NCBI GenBank assembly: GCA_016196555.1
Contig: JACPXL010000002.1
Coordinates: 17,865 to 81,864 of the forward strand
Reading direction: 5' to 3'
Source: Candidatus Omnitrophota bacterium
GTDB lineage: Bacteria; Omnitrophota; Omnitrophia; Omnitrophales; Aquincolibacteriaceae
Length of the DNA: 64,000 nucleotides
This document shows, in pieces, positions 7,914-16,389 of this stretch (position 1 is its first letter; every line of letters begins with the position of its first letter). The notes below the pieces were generated by a model. That model had not been told where the DNA came from and ran no database searches. It worked only from the letters and a program-made list of their open reading frames with translations. Position numbers and translations under genes: made by a program.

Positions 7914-9053
7914 ATGATGAAATTTGTTCAAATTTCAAAAAACAAAAAACAGGAATTTAAAAAAATAGCACTCGATTATGGCCGCAAGCTCTACCGACAA
8001 CTTCAATCGACGTCCCTCTTTCATAAAGAACCACAAAATACCGGTCCCGTTTCTACTATCGCGTGTGATTATGGTCATTCAAAGATTATTTTTGTGGAAA
8101 TGCAAAAATCAGAATCAGGACTTCACCTTATTCGTTTTCATAAAAGTTTAAGATCGGATGGGAATAAAGTGGGCGTTGATATGATCAAAAAGATTTTTAC
8201 TGACGGCAAATACAGCCATTCGCGCGTCAGGGTGTCGGTTAAAGGCCAGGGGGTTGTTGTCAGATTTATTCAATTCCCTCAGATGAAGCATGAGGACGTG
8301 CGCAGTGCTATTTCTTTTGAGGCTGAAAAGTACATTCCATTTAAAGCTGAAGAAGTTATCATCGATTATCATGTCCTGGATGAAAACATTGTCCAGGGAA
8401 CCGGCACTTTTATGAATCTTTTGCTGGTGGCTGTACGCCGCGATGAGCTGAACCCCGTGATTCAAACCTTTCATGAGGCAGGTCTTCAAGTTGAATTTGT
8501 GGATGTGGATGCTTTGGCTTCGATGAATTCCTTGGAGTATTTTCACCCTGAAGAATGGAAGAAATCCGTGGGTTTTATTGATTTTGGCGCCGAGATTTCA
8601 AGTTTGTGCATTATCCGGGAAGGAAAGCCGAGATTTATGCGGGATATCTCGTTCGGAGGAATGGATTTTATTAAACGCCTAAAACGCAAACTTGGCGTGA
8701 CGGAAGAAAAAGCCCGGGAACATTTTCTCCAGGCTGCCGACAAACCATCCCCTGAAGTTATTCCCATTATTCAAGAATCGGTAGAGACCTTGATCGCTGA
8801 TTTGAAAGTTTCCCTGGATTATTATTTGGATCAGATTCCCAATGCGCAGCCGCTGCAAAAACTTTTTATTTCTGGAACCGAAGCCTATCATCCGCAAGTC
8901 GTGCAAATGCTTTCCAAGGAATTTTCGATTCCCGTAGAACCCATGAATATTCTTGAAAAATTAACTTTGGGACCGGATGTCGACAAACGATTGGTCATGG
9001 AAAATCAGGGCTTTTTACCTGTCCCCATAGGCCTTTGTTTGAGGGACCAATGA
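7914..9053 (+). CDS. pilM: Type IV pilus assembly protein PilM (actin-like ATPase fold)
   Basis: Size and position directly upstream of pilNOPQ-type genes. ALDYG...IACDYGHSKIIF and FIDFGAEISSL are consistent with the PilM/FtsA-like fold. Confidence 0.8.
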   Translation: MMKFVQISKNKKQEFKKIALDYGRKLYRQLQSTSLFHKEPQNTGPVSTIACDYGHSKIIFVEMQKSESGLHLIRFHKSLRSDGNKVGVDMIKKIFTDGKYSHSRVRVSVKGQGVVVRFIQFPQMKHEDVRSAISFEAEKYIPFKAEEVIIDYHVLDENIVQGTGTFMNLLLVAVRRDELNPVIQTFHEAGLQVEFVDVDALASMNSLEYFHPEEWKKSVGFIDFGAEISSLCIIREGKPRFMRDISFGGMDFIKRLKRKLGVTEEKAREHFLQAADKPSPEVIPIIQESVETLIADLKVSLDYYLDQIPNAQPLQKLFISGTEAYHPQVVQMLSKEFSIPVEPMNILEKLTLGPDVDKRLVMENQGFLPVPIGLCLRDQ

Positions 9054-9622
9054 TTCGCGTTAATCTTTTGCCGGAGGAATTCCGCATTGCAGAAAAGAAG
9101 AAGCCGCCCATCCCTTATGTTAAAATTGCCGTTGGTGTCGGCGTTCTCTTCGTTGTTTTGACCGGTATTTTTTATCTCGATTATCTTGTGGCGCTGGCCC
9201 AGCGCGGACAGGTTCAAAAACAATGGTTGAAAATCCAGCCGGAAGCCCTTTCGTTGAATCAGCTTCGCAATGATGTCGAAGGCGTTCTTAAACCTGAAAA
9301 AGAATTTTTCGAAAAATACGTGGACACTTCCACATCGCTTACCAATCTTATGATGTGGATAAGTCAATTTTTGCCAGAGACTGCCTGGCTGACCGAATTA
9401 AAGCTCGAATATAACGAGAAAGAAGTGGAATTTCTGGTGAAGGGCCTTTGCATCTCCACCAAAGACAACTCGAGTATCGAGCAAATTGAAAAATATACGC
9501 AGCAGCTCAATAGCAAAATTCCTTATGCGATGCTCAATTTGACCACGACCCGGCAGGAATTCGAGGGGCAGCAGTTGACCCAATTCATTATCCAGTTTAG
9601 CTGGAAGAATCAGGTTCTATGA
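9050..9622 (+). CDS. pilN: PilN-like bitopic pilus alignment protein
   Basis: N-terminal IRVNLLPEE motif followed by one TM helix. ATGA overlap with pilM if ATG 9050 is used. Confidence 0.75.
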   Translation: MIRVNLLPEEFRIAEKKKPPIPYVKIAVGVGVLFVVLTGIFYLDYLVALAQRGQVQKQWLKIQPEALSLNQLRNDVEGVLKPEKEFFEKYVDTSTSLTNLMMWISQFLPETAWLTELKLEYNEKEVEFLVKGLCISTKDNSSIEQIEKYTQQLNSKIPYAMLNLTTTRQEFEGQQLTQFIIQFSWKNQVL

Positions 9623-10227
9623 AGCCGCTTACTCAGTGGACTCAACACGATATTATAGATTTTTTCCGAAAAGCCGATAAAAAAGTCTGGATCAAATTTG
9701 CAGCCATTGGGGCTGCTGTTTTTCTTGTCCTGATTTTGATTATTTGGCCGGCTTGGTTTAAGCGTCTCGGGATCCGGGATGAGATCAAGAATACGAAGGC
9801 AAAGATTCAAACTCTAGAAACCCTTCGCATTAAAAAGAGCGAATGGATTCATAATAAAACAGATTACGCACATTACGTAGCGGGTATTAAACAGAGGCTC
9901 TACACATCCAGTGAATCCTCACTCCTATTAGGAGAAATTTCAAAATTGGCTAAAGAAAGCAATGTTGTCATTATTGCCTCACGCCCCCAAGATGTTTCTG
10001 CGAAATTTCCTGCGCCGTACGACCAAAATTATGAAAGCCGGTATTATAATTTTGTTGTGGAGGGCGGATATCATGAGCTCGGGGCATTGATGAGCCGTAT
10101 CGAATCTTATCCAAAGCTCCTTAGAATTCAAAAATTTAAAATTACTCCACGGGACGACAAACCAGCGAGTCATTTGGCGGAAATTCAGCTGGCTGTTATT
10201 GCGGTAAAAAAAGGAAGTGCTGGATGA
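9619..10227 (+). CDS. pilO: PilO-like pilus alignment protein
   Basis: One N-terminal TM helix, a coiled-coil segment, and C-terminal GGYHELGALMSRIESYPKLLRIQKFKI typical of PilO. 4-nt overlaps on both sides. Confidence 0.7.
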   Translation: MKPLTQWTQHDIIDFFRKADKKVWIKFAAIGAAVFLVLILIIWPAWFKRLGIRDEIKNTKAKIQTLETLRIKKSEWIHNKTDYAHYVAGIKQRLYTSSESSLLLGEISKLAKESNVVIIASRPQDVSAKFPAPYDQNYESRYYNFVVEGGYHELGALMSRIESYPKLLRIQKFKITPRDDKPASHLAEIQLAVIAVKKGSAG

Positions 10228-10616
10228 GGATTAAATATCGTCTTTTGTTCGCTTGCCTATTATTGCTGGCGCTTGCCTTTGTGGGTGGAGGGCGGAAGGT
10301 CTCTGCCGTAGAAGCTCAATACGACGCGCTGGAAAAACGGGACCCTTTTGTTCCGCTTATCGGGCGCGGCGGAGTCTTGCTGCATGTTTTTGATCCCTCT
10401 GGATATCAGATCGAAGGTATAATTTATGATCAGATTGATGGATCTCTAGCTTTAATCAACGGAGAATTTTACCGCGAAGGAGAAAAGGTTAAAGAGGCTG
10501 TGGTTAAAAAGATTCATACGGATCGTGTGATTATTGCGGAAACGAATGATGAGATTACCCTCTGGCTCAATCCCGATACCCAAAATGGGGGAAATAGCAA
10601 TGCTAAGAAAATATAA
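10224..10616 (+). CDS. Small secreted protein in the PilP position (PilP-like)
   Basis: Signal peptide MRIKYRLLFACLLLLALAFVGG...VSAVEA and a C-terminal beta-rich LALINGEFYREGEKV...VVKKIHTDRVII. The call rests mostly on gene order. Confidence 0.5.
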   Translation: MRIKYRLLFACLLLLALAFVGGGRKVSAVEAQYDALEKRDPFVPLIGRGGVLLHVFDPSGYQIEGIIYDQIDGSLALINGEFYREGEKVKEAVVKKIHTDRVIIAETNDEITLWLNPDTQNGGNSNAKKI

Positions 10617-12231
10617 CTTTCGTTTTTTCATTTTATTGAACGCAGCACTTTTTCTTCCTTGTTTGTTGGCGCATGCTGAAATCTCAGGAGGAACGCCGGC
10701 TGGAGCAGCAACGGGTGCCGCTACGGCTCAGCCAACTCTGACTGGAGAAGAAGATCCGAATAATATTACCTTGGATTTTAAAGATGCAGATATTAAAACA
10801 GTTTTGCGGGTTATGAGTTTAAAAAGCCGTGTGAATATTGTGGCAGGGCCTGAGGTGCGGGGGACGATTACGATCCGCCTCGAAGATGTTCCATGGGAAA
10901 AAGCACTGGAAGTGGTTTTGAGAACATATGGCTATGTTTATGAAAGAGACGAAAATATCATCCGTGTTACCACTCGAGACAATTTGGCCATGGAGCCTTT
11001 AACAACCCAAACTTATGTCCTTAACTATACTAAGGCCAAAGAGATACAGACGGCCGTGCAGGACATGCTGACCGAGCGGGGAAGGATTCAAATTGCAGAA
11101 CGGACAAATACGATTATAATATCCGATATTCCGACTAATCTTTACCGGGTTGGGGAAGTTATAAAGAAACTGGATAAAATCACTCCACAGGCATTTATTG
11201 ATTCGAAAATTGTGAAAACGGACGTAGGAATTACTGAAAATTTGGGCATTGAGTGGAAAACAGGAGGAAGTAACAATCTTGGGTCTTTAACCGCATCTTC
11301 GCGTCCCACGACCTTTCCTTTCATGACACGTACCGATGATGAGCAAGATCCCTTGGCGCAGGCTCTGGAGCAATTTTTGCCGATTGCGACTTCGGGTTCT
11401 AATGCAGTCCCCAATCCGTTTGCGGATCGCGCCTTTCCTCTGAATCCGTCGCAAAGCACGACAGGAAAAGGTTTTGAATTTGGGACATTGGACTTTACGG
11501 ATTTTAGCTCGGTTCTTCAAATGCTGCAAAGCCGGTCCAATACCAAAGTTGTTTCCAATCCCCGAATTGTTGTTTTAAATAATCAAACCGCCACCGTTCA
11601 AGTAGGCAGTGATGTTCCGCTTCCCAATTTTGAACGCAATGAAACAACAGGAAGTGTTGAAGTTACAGGGTTTTCATTCCGCCAAGTGGGAGTGGTTCTT
11701 AATGTCACTCCCCATATCAATACGGAGGAAGAAATTTTAGTCGATTTGCAGCCCGAAGTCAGCTCCACGGGCGCAACCATTGATTTTAAAGATTTTCAAG
11801 TTCCAAGTTTTAATGTGACAAAAGCAGTTACGCAAGTGCTTATCCGCAGCGGTCAAACCATTGCGATTGGGGGGCTTTTAACCGACAGTGTTTCCACGTC
11901 GGAATCGAAAGTCCCTTATCTAGGCGATATTCCGCTGGTGGGCAAGCTATTTCGTTCAAAACGACAATCAGCAGGAGACAGTAATAAGAAAATAGAAACA
12001 CTCTTTTTTGTGACGGTGACCATGGTGGACACGGAAGGTCAGCCGACCGGTGAAAGAGCAGCCCAGCGCAAAAGAAAAAATCAGACGCAGGGTAATGCTA
12101 ATAAGCCGAAAGAAAAAGTCGCGACTCAAGCATCAGAATTAAAAAGTGCAGAATCACAAGAGTCCAACGCAGCAAGCTCGACAAATCCAGCGGTTTCTGA
12201 AACAGGAATGAAATCTCAAGCCGCCGCGTAA
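10600..12231 (+). CDS. pilQ: Secretin (PilQ/GspD family)
   Basis: Signal peptide, secretin core VVSNPRIVVLNNQTATVQVG and VPYLGDIPLVGKLFRSK. About 70 aa of K/Q/S/A-rich C-terminal tail. I chose the start at ATG 10600. Confidence 0.9.
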   Translation: MLRKYNFRFFILLNAALFLPCLLAHAEISGGTPAGAATGAATAQPTLTGEEDPNNITLDFKDADIKTVLRVMSLKSRVNIVAGPEVRGTITIRLEDVPWEKALEVVLRTYGYVYERDENIIRVTTRDNLAMEPLTTQTYVLNYTKAKEIQTAVQDMLTERGRIQIAERTNTIIISDIPTNLYRVGEVIKKLDKITPQAFIDSKIVKTDVGITENLGIEWKTGGSNNLGSLTASSRPTTFPFMTRTDDEQDPLAQALEQFLPIATSGSNAVPNPFADRAFPLNPSQSTTGKGFEFGTLDFTDFSSVLQMLQSRSNTKVVSNPRIVVLNNQTATVQVGSDVPLPNFERNETTGSVEVTGFSFRQVGVVLNVTPHINTEEEILVDLQPEVSSTGATIDFKDFQVPSFNVTKAVTQVLIRSGQTIAIGGLLTDSVSTSESKVPYLGDIPLVGKLFRSKRQSAGDSNKKIETLFFVTVTMVDTEGQPTGERAAQRKRKNQTQGNANKPKEKVATQASELKSAESQESNAASSTNPAVSETGMKSQAAA

Positions 12232-12349
12232 ATACACACGCGGTAACGCAATTTGGCTTGAACTGATCTGAGTTAAGTCGCCCGACTGCATCTTTTTCTT
12301 GCCTTCCTTTGCAGGGTTTACCCCCTCATCTCTTCCGCGCATATTCCGT

Positions 12350-12358
12350 TGCCATAAT
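12350..12358 (+). promoter_or_regulatory. Extended -10 element TGcCATAAT upstream of rng
   Basis: TG at 12350-12351 and CATAAT at 12353-12358, 15 nt before ATG 12374. Confidence 0.35.
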
Positions 12359-12373
12359 CTCGAAAGGAAAATT

Positions 12374-13879
12374 ATGAAGAAGGAAATTTTAATTAGTTAT
12401 GACGCCAATGAAAAGCAAGTGGCGATTTTGGAAGATGGGCGCCTAGAAGAATTTTATATTGAGCGTAACGATGCTCAGCGCCTTTTTGGCAATATTTACA
12501 AAGGTAAAGTCAAAACTGTGATTCCTGGAATCGGCGCCGCGTTTGTCGATTTAGGAACCCGCAAAGACGGTTTTTTATATGTGGCGGATGCGCTGCGTTC
12601 ACCCTTCGATATGGACGCTGAATTTGACGAAAACGCCCCGGCCCCGCAGGAAGATAAGCGTAAAGAGCGTTTCAAGCGCATTGACGAAGTCCTCAAAGTC
12701 GGGCAGGAAGTGATTGTTCAAGTGGTTAAGGAGCCTATTCGAAATAAAGGCCCAAGACTGACCACTCATTTTTCCATTCCGGCCCGATATCTTGTGATGA
12801 TTCCGGGGGAGGAAAAAGTGGGAGTGTCCCGCCGGATTGAAGATCGCAAAGAACGTGAGCGCATTCGAAATATTTTTAAATCCATGGAGCTTCCCAAAGG
12901 AGCGGGGTTTATTGTGCGCACGGCAGGGGAAGGAAAATCGGACAAAGAATTCGCCCGCGATATTCGTTACCTGGTCCGATCCTGGAAAAAAATTCACGGA
13001 TCAATGGCCCAGAGCAAAGCTCCAAGCACAATTCACCAAGAGCTGGATCTAGTCGAGCGCGTCATTCGGGATCATTTTACTGAAGATACTGACAGCATTG
13101 TGGTGGACCATAAAGATATTTACCGCAAAGTGCAGCGTTTTTTTAATCTTTATCTGCCGGGCTATAAGGCCAATTTGATTTCTCATGAGGACCGGGTCCC
13201 GATTTTTGAAAAGTACAATATCGAAAAAGAAATCGAAGGGACTTTTCAGAGAGATGTATTTTTGAAATCTGGCGGGCATATTGTGATCGAACAAACCGAG
13301 GGGTTGGTTGCCATCGATGTCAACACAGGAAAATTTACGGGAACCAAAAATTTGGAGGAGACGGTTTATAAAACCAATATGGAAGCCGCTTGGGAAGTTG
13401 CCCGCCAATTGCGTCTTCGCGACGTAGGCGGGATTATCATCATCGATTTCATCGACATGGAACGCGGTGAACACCGCCGCAGCTTGTACAAGACTTTCAA
13501 AGAAGCTGTTCGCCGTGATCGTGCTAAGACCAATATCCTTCAAATGTCCGAATTGGGCCTGGTGGAGATGACACGTCAAAGAATTCGCCCTTCGCTTGAA
13601 AGCGCAGTCTATAACACATGCCCCTATTGCGAAGGAAAGGGAATGATCAAATCTTCGGCAACTATGAGCATTCAAACCATCCGGGAACTGCGAAAGGCCC
13701 TGGGGCATTCGCATGGCCGGATTATCAATGCCGGAGTTCATCCGGAAGTTGCCGAGCGTTTACTTCATCAAGAGAAAAAGGCGATTCACCAATTGGAGCG
13801 GCATTCGCGAAGCCGGATCTTTGTTTTTTCGGATCCTGCGCTTCACCGGGAAGAGCTCAATATTACCTTTGTGAAGTAA
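12374..13879 (+). CDS. rng: Ribonuclease G/E family endoribonuclease
   Basis: N-terminal S1 domain NIYKGKVKTVIPGIGAAFVDLG, catalytic core GLVAIDVNTGKF and IIIIDFIDM. Start at ATG 12374 (MKKEIL). Confidence 0.9.
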   Translation: MKKEILISYDANEKQVAILEDGRLEEFYIERNDAQRLFGNIYKGKVKTVIPGIGAAFVDLGTRKDGFLYVADALRSPFDMDAEFDENAPAPQEDKRKERFKRIDEVLKVGQEVIVQVVKEPIRNKGPRLTTHFSIPARYLVMIPGEEKVGVSRRIEDRKERERIRNIFKSMELPKGAGFIVRTAGEGKSDKEFARDIRYLVRSWKKIHGSMAQSKAPSTIHQELDLVERVIRDHFTEDTDSIVVDHKDIYRKVQRFFNLYLPGYKANLISHEDRVPIFEKYNIEKEIEGTFQRDVFLKSGGHIVIEQTEGLVAIDVNTGKFTGTKNLEETVYKTNMEAAWEVARQLRLRDVGGIIIIDFIDMERGEHRRSLYKTFKEAVRRDRAKTNILQMSELGLVEMTRQRIRPSLESAVYNTCPYCEGKGMIKSSATMSIQTIRELRKALGHSHGRIINAGVHPEVAERLLHQEKKAIHQLERHSRSRIFVFSDPALHREELNITFVK

Positions 13880-13910
13880 AAATTCCGTTCTCTGAAGTTG
13901 GTGCTTAAGC

Positions 13911-13916
13911 TATAAT
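13911..13916 (+). promoter_or_regulatory. Consensus TATAAT -10 box 6 nt upstream of the rmuC ATG
   Basis: TATAAT at 13911-13916 and ATG at 13923. No SD fits in the 6-nt gap, and the -35 is poor. Confidence 0.4.
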
Positions 13917-13922
13917 GCGCTC

Positions 13923-15005
13923 ATGAATTTTATGCTTTTGAGTCTGGGATTTCTTTTTGCTGCAATATTAGGGGCCGTCCTTTTTCGGGTATTTTCAGGT
14001 TCCGCCCGCCAAAAACCTGAGGAAGATACAACCGCCCGCCTTGTAGTCGAATTTCAACGAGAAATCGCGACCCTGCGTACCAGTTTAAACGAACAGGTCC
14101 TGGCCCTTTCCCGCCAAATGAATGAGCAGGCAACTCAAAACACCTCTTTCCTTCAAAAGACCCATCAAAGTTATAATGAAGCAGTAGGGCAGGTCCAGCA
14201 CCGCCTGGGCGAGCTGCAGCATGCGACCCGCTCCATGATTGATATTGGGAAGGATATTTCTTCGCTTCAGCAGATCTTACAATCTCCAAAGCTTCGAGGG
14301 GGTCTTGGCGAGCTTCTGTTAGGAGAACTCCTTAAACAAATACTTCCAGAAGATCATTTTTCTGAGCAATACACTTTTCGCAATGGCCATAAAGTCGACG
14401 CCGTGATTTTTTTAGGACAGGGGATTATTCCGGTTGACGCCAAATTTCCTTTGGAAAATTTCAAACGCATTCTTCAAGCTTCCGCCGATGAAAGCGCAAA
14501 ACAAGTCCGGAAGAGTTTCATTCAGGACGTCAAAAAGCACATCGACGATATTGCATCGAAATATATTCTTCCGGAAGAAAGTACTTTTGATTTTGCCCTT
14601 ATGTATATTCCGGCAGAAAATGTGTATTACGAAACCATTATTAAGGACGAAATGCAGGCAGAAAGTTTAGCAGCCTATGCTCTTCGCCAGCGAGTTGTTC
14701 CCGTCTCTCCGAATAGCTTTTACGCCTATTTGCAGGCCCTGGTGAGAGGATTGAAGGGGCTTCGCATTGAGCGCTCGGCCCAATTAATCCTGGAGAGCCT
14801 CGGGCAGCTCGAAACCGATTTCAAAAAATGTTTTGATGATTTTGAAAAGGTCGGAAATCATATTAACAATGCTGCATCCGCTTATGACAAAACTTTCCGC
14901 CGATTGGACAAGTTGCGCGATAAATTGTCATCCATCGAAACCCGGCGTCCTGAGATACTCTCTGCCGAGCCTCTTGCTCCTCAAAGCAGTGAAAAAGTGG
15001 TTTAG
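13923..15005 (+). CDS. rmuC: DNA recombination protein RmuC
   Basis: N-terminal TM helix, a long coiled coil, KLRGGLGELLLGELL and a nuclease-like C-terminal part (VDAVIFL...IPVDAKFPLE). Confidence 0.85.
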   Translation: MNFMLLSLGFLFAAILGAVLFRVFSGSARQKPEEDTTARLVVEFQREIATLRTSLNEQVLALSRQMNEQATQNTSFLQKTHQSYNEAVGQVQHRLGELQHATRSMIDIGKDISSLQQILQSPKLRGGLGELLLGELLKQILPEDHFSEQYTFRNGHKVDAVIFLGQGIIPVDAKFPLENFKRILQASADESAKQVRKSFIQDVKKHIDDIASKYILPEESTFDFALMYIPAENVYYETIIKDEMQAESLAAYALRQRVVPVSPNSFYAYLQALVRGLKGLRIERSAQLILESLGQLETDFKKCFDDFEKVGNHINNAASAYDKTFRRLDKLRDKLSSIETRRPEILSAEPLAPQSSEKVV

Positions 15006-15042
15006 TTTTTCCCGTCTTTGCTTATTCAGCGTCAGCATATTA

Positions 15043-15717
15043 ATGGGATGTTTTTTCGTTAAAACAGCGTTGGGAGCCGACTTTCTATCCATGCGCGAGG
15101 AAATGATTAAAACCCAATTACGAGACCGCGGCATTCAAGATGAGCAGGTTTTGGCTGTCATGTCAAAAATCCCTCGCCATCAATTTGTTCCGTCTGAAAT
15201 CGAGCATCTGGCTTATGAAGACAGCCCTCTTTCCATCGGTTTAAATCAAACCATTTCCCAGCCTTATATTGTGGCTTATATGACCGAAGCGCTTCATCTT
15301 GAGCCGGGAGAGCGTGTGCTTGAAATTGGAACGGGATCGGGTTATCAAACTGCTGTTCTGGCAGAACTTGCCAAAGAGGTTTATACGGTTGAAATTTTTG
15401 ATCAACTTTCCAAACAGGCCCAACAAGTTTTGAAATCATTAGGCTATCAAAATATTCATTTTCGGGTCGGAGACGGTTGGCAGGGATGGGCGGAAAATGC
15501 CCCTTATGATGCCATTATTGTGACGGCAGCAGCCCCTCAGATTCCACGGGTTTTGGTCGATCAATTAAGGGACGGTGGAAGGATGATTCTGCCCGTCGGA
15601 ACTTTATCTCAACAGCTTATATTAGGAGTTAAAACCAATGGACATTTTCAAAAAATTGAAACGATCCCTGTTCGGTTTGTCCCCCTCATCCAAGTCAAAA
15701 GCGAAGAAAAAAAGTAA
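15043..15717 (+). CDS. pcm: Protein-L-isoaspartate O-methyltransferase
   Basis: ISQPYIVAYM, SAM motif VLEIGTGSGYQTAVLA, C-terminal VRFVPL. The start is uncertain: ATG 15043, or GTG 14989, which would add a signal-peptide-like N-terminus. Confidence 0.85.
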   Translation: MGCFFVKTALGADFLSMREEMIKTQLRDRGIQDEQVLAVMSKIPRHQFVPSEIEHLAYEDSPLSIGLNQTISQPYIVAYMTEALHLEPGERVLEIGTGSGYQTAVLAELAKEVYTVEIFDQLSKQAQQVLKSLGYQNIHFRVGDGWQGWAENAPYDAIIVTAAAPQIPRVLVDQLRDGGRMILPVGTLSQQLILGVKTNGHFQKIETIPVRFVPLIQVKSEEKK

Positions 15718-16075
15718 GGTTAAGGCAAAACCCGTAAAAAAGGCGGCGAAGAAACCAGCCAAAAAATCACCTACCCGAAGTAAGGGGAAGGGTAAGATCG
15801 CTGCTAAACCTGCCAAGGAAAAAATTCAAGGGAAGTTAATAGGCTTAGTCACTCATTATTTCCCTCAAGTGAATGCTGCGGTCGTCAAAATCGATCGTTC
15901 GAATTTAGTGGTTGGAGATCGGGTGCATATCAAGGGACACACAACCGATTTCAAACAAACGCTGAATTCACTTCAAATTGACCGCAAGCCCATCGAAAAG
16001 GCGGGAAAGGGCGATGAAATCGGGGTGGAAGTTAAAGCTCGCGTGCGCATCGGGGACGAAGTCTACAAGTTATGA
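15638..16075 (+). CDS. Lys/Ala/Pro-rich (histone H1-like) N-terminal tail fused to an elongation-factor-like beta-barrel domain
   Basis: KSKAKKKSKVKAKPVKKAAKKPAKK..., then GLVTHYFPQVNAAVVKIDRSNLVVGDRVHIKGHTTDFKQTLNSLQIDRKPIEKAGKGDEIGVEVKARVRIGDEVYKL, which resembles the small 'translation elongation factor-like' proteins. An AGGAG SD precedes ATG 15638. Confidence 0.6.
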   Translation: MDIFKKLKRSLFGLSPSSKSKAKKKSKVKAKPVKKAAKKPAKKSPTRSKGKGKIAAKPAKEKIQGKLIGLVTHYFPQVNAAVVKIDRSNLVVGDRVHIKGHTTDFKQTLNSLQIDRKPIEKAGKGDEIGVEVKARVRIGDEVYKL

Positions 16076-16389
16076 GCCGAGAATTTTTACGCACGTATCA
16101 CGAGTATGACATCGAAGAAGTCAAAAAACACCTTTTGATTTGGGGAGATTTGACAGCAGATTGTGCTTCGTGCCGCGCTCTTGGTTTAGATGGCTATACC
16201 GTGAAGGTATGTCCTCAATGCAGCACTTCTTTTAAATACATCACGAGTCGTAGAAGCGAAGAACATTCATCCGAACGGTTTCAAATTGTCCGCCGCGCAA
16301 AGGATAAGCGGCCGGAATTGATTTTTATCGATTATTCGGATTACACGAAGACCCTCGGTCAAAAGAAGGCGAGAGATTTTTTTGCTTAA
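16072..16389 (+). CDS. Hypothetical protein with a CxxC-N12-CxxC zinc-ribbon-like motif
   Basis: CASCRALGLDGYTVKVCPQC. ATGA overlap with the upstream gene. I recognise no family. Confidence 0.5.
   Translation: MSREFLRTYHEYDIEEVKKHLLIWGDLTADCASCRALGLDGYTVKVCPQCSTSFKYITSRRSEEHSSERFQIVRRAKDKRPELIFIDYSDYTKTLGQKKARDFFA

Noticed and set aside
12232-12300. A short hairpin AGTC-gccc-GACT followed by a T-tract after pilQ, considered as a terminator.
   Set aside because: The stem is only 4 bp, which is too weak to call. Transcription may simply read through or end by other means.
13049-13741. A 230-aa ORF antisense to rng.
   Set aside because: It lies entirely inside the strongly conserved RNase G/E coding region. 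It has no recognisable motifs, SD or promoter, so it is a typical shadow ORF. The same applies to 4124-4606, 5869-6318, 8148-8546 and 12599-12997.
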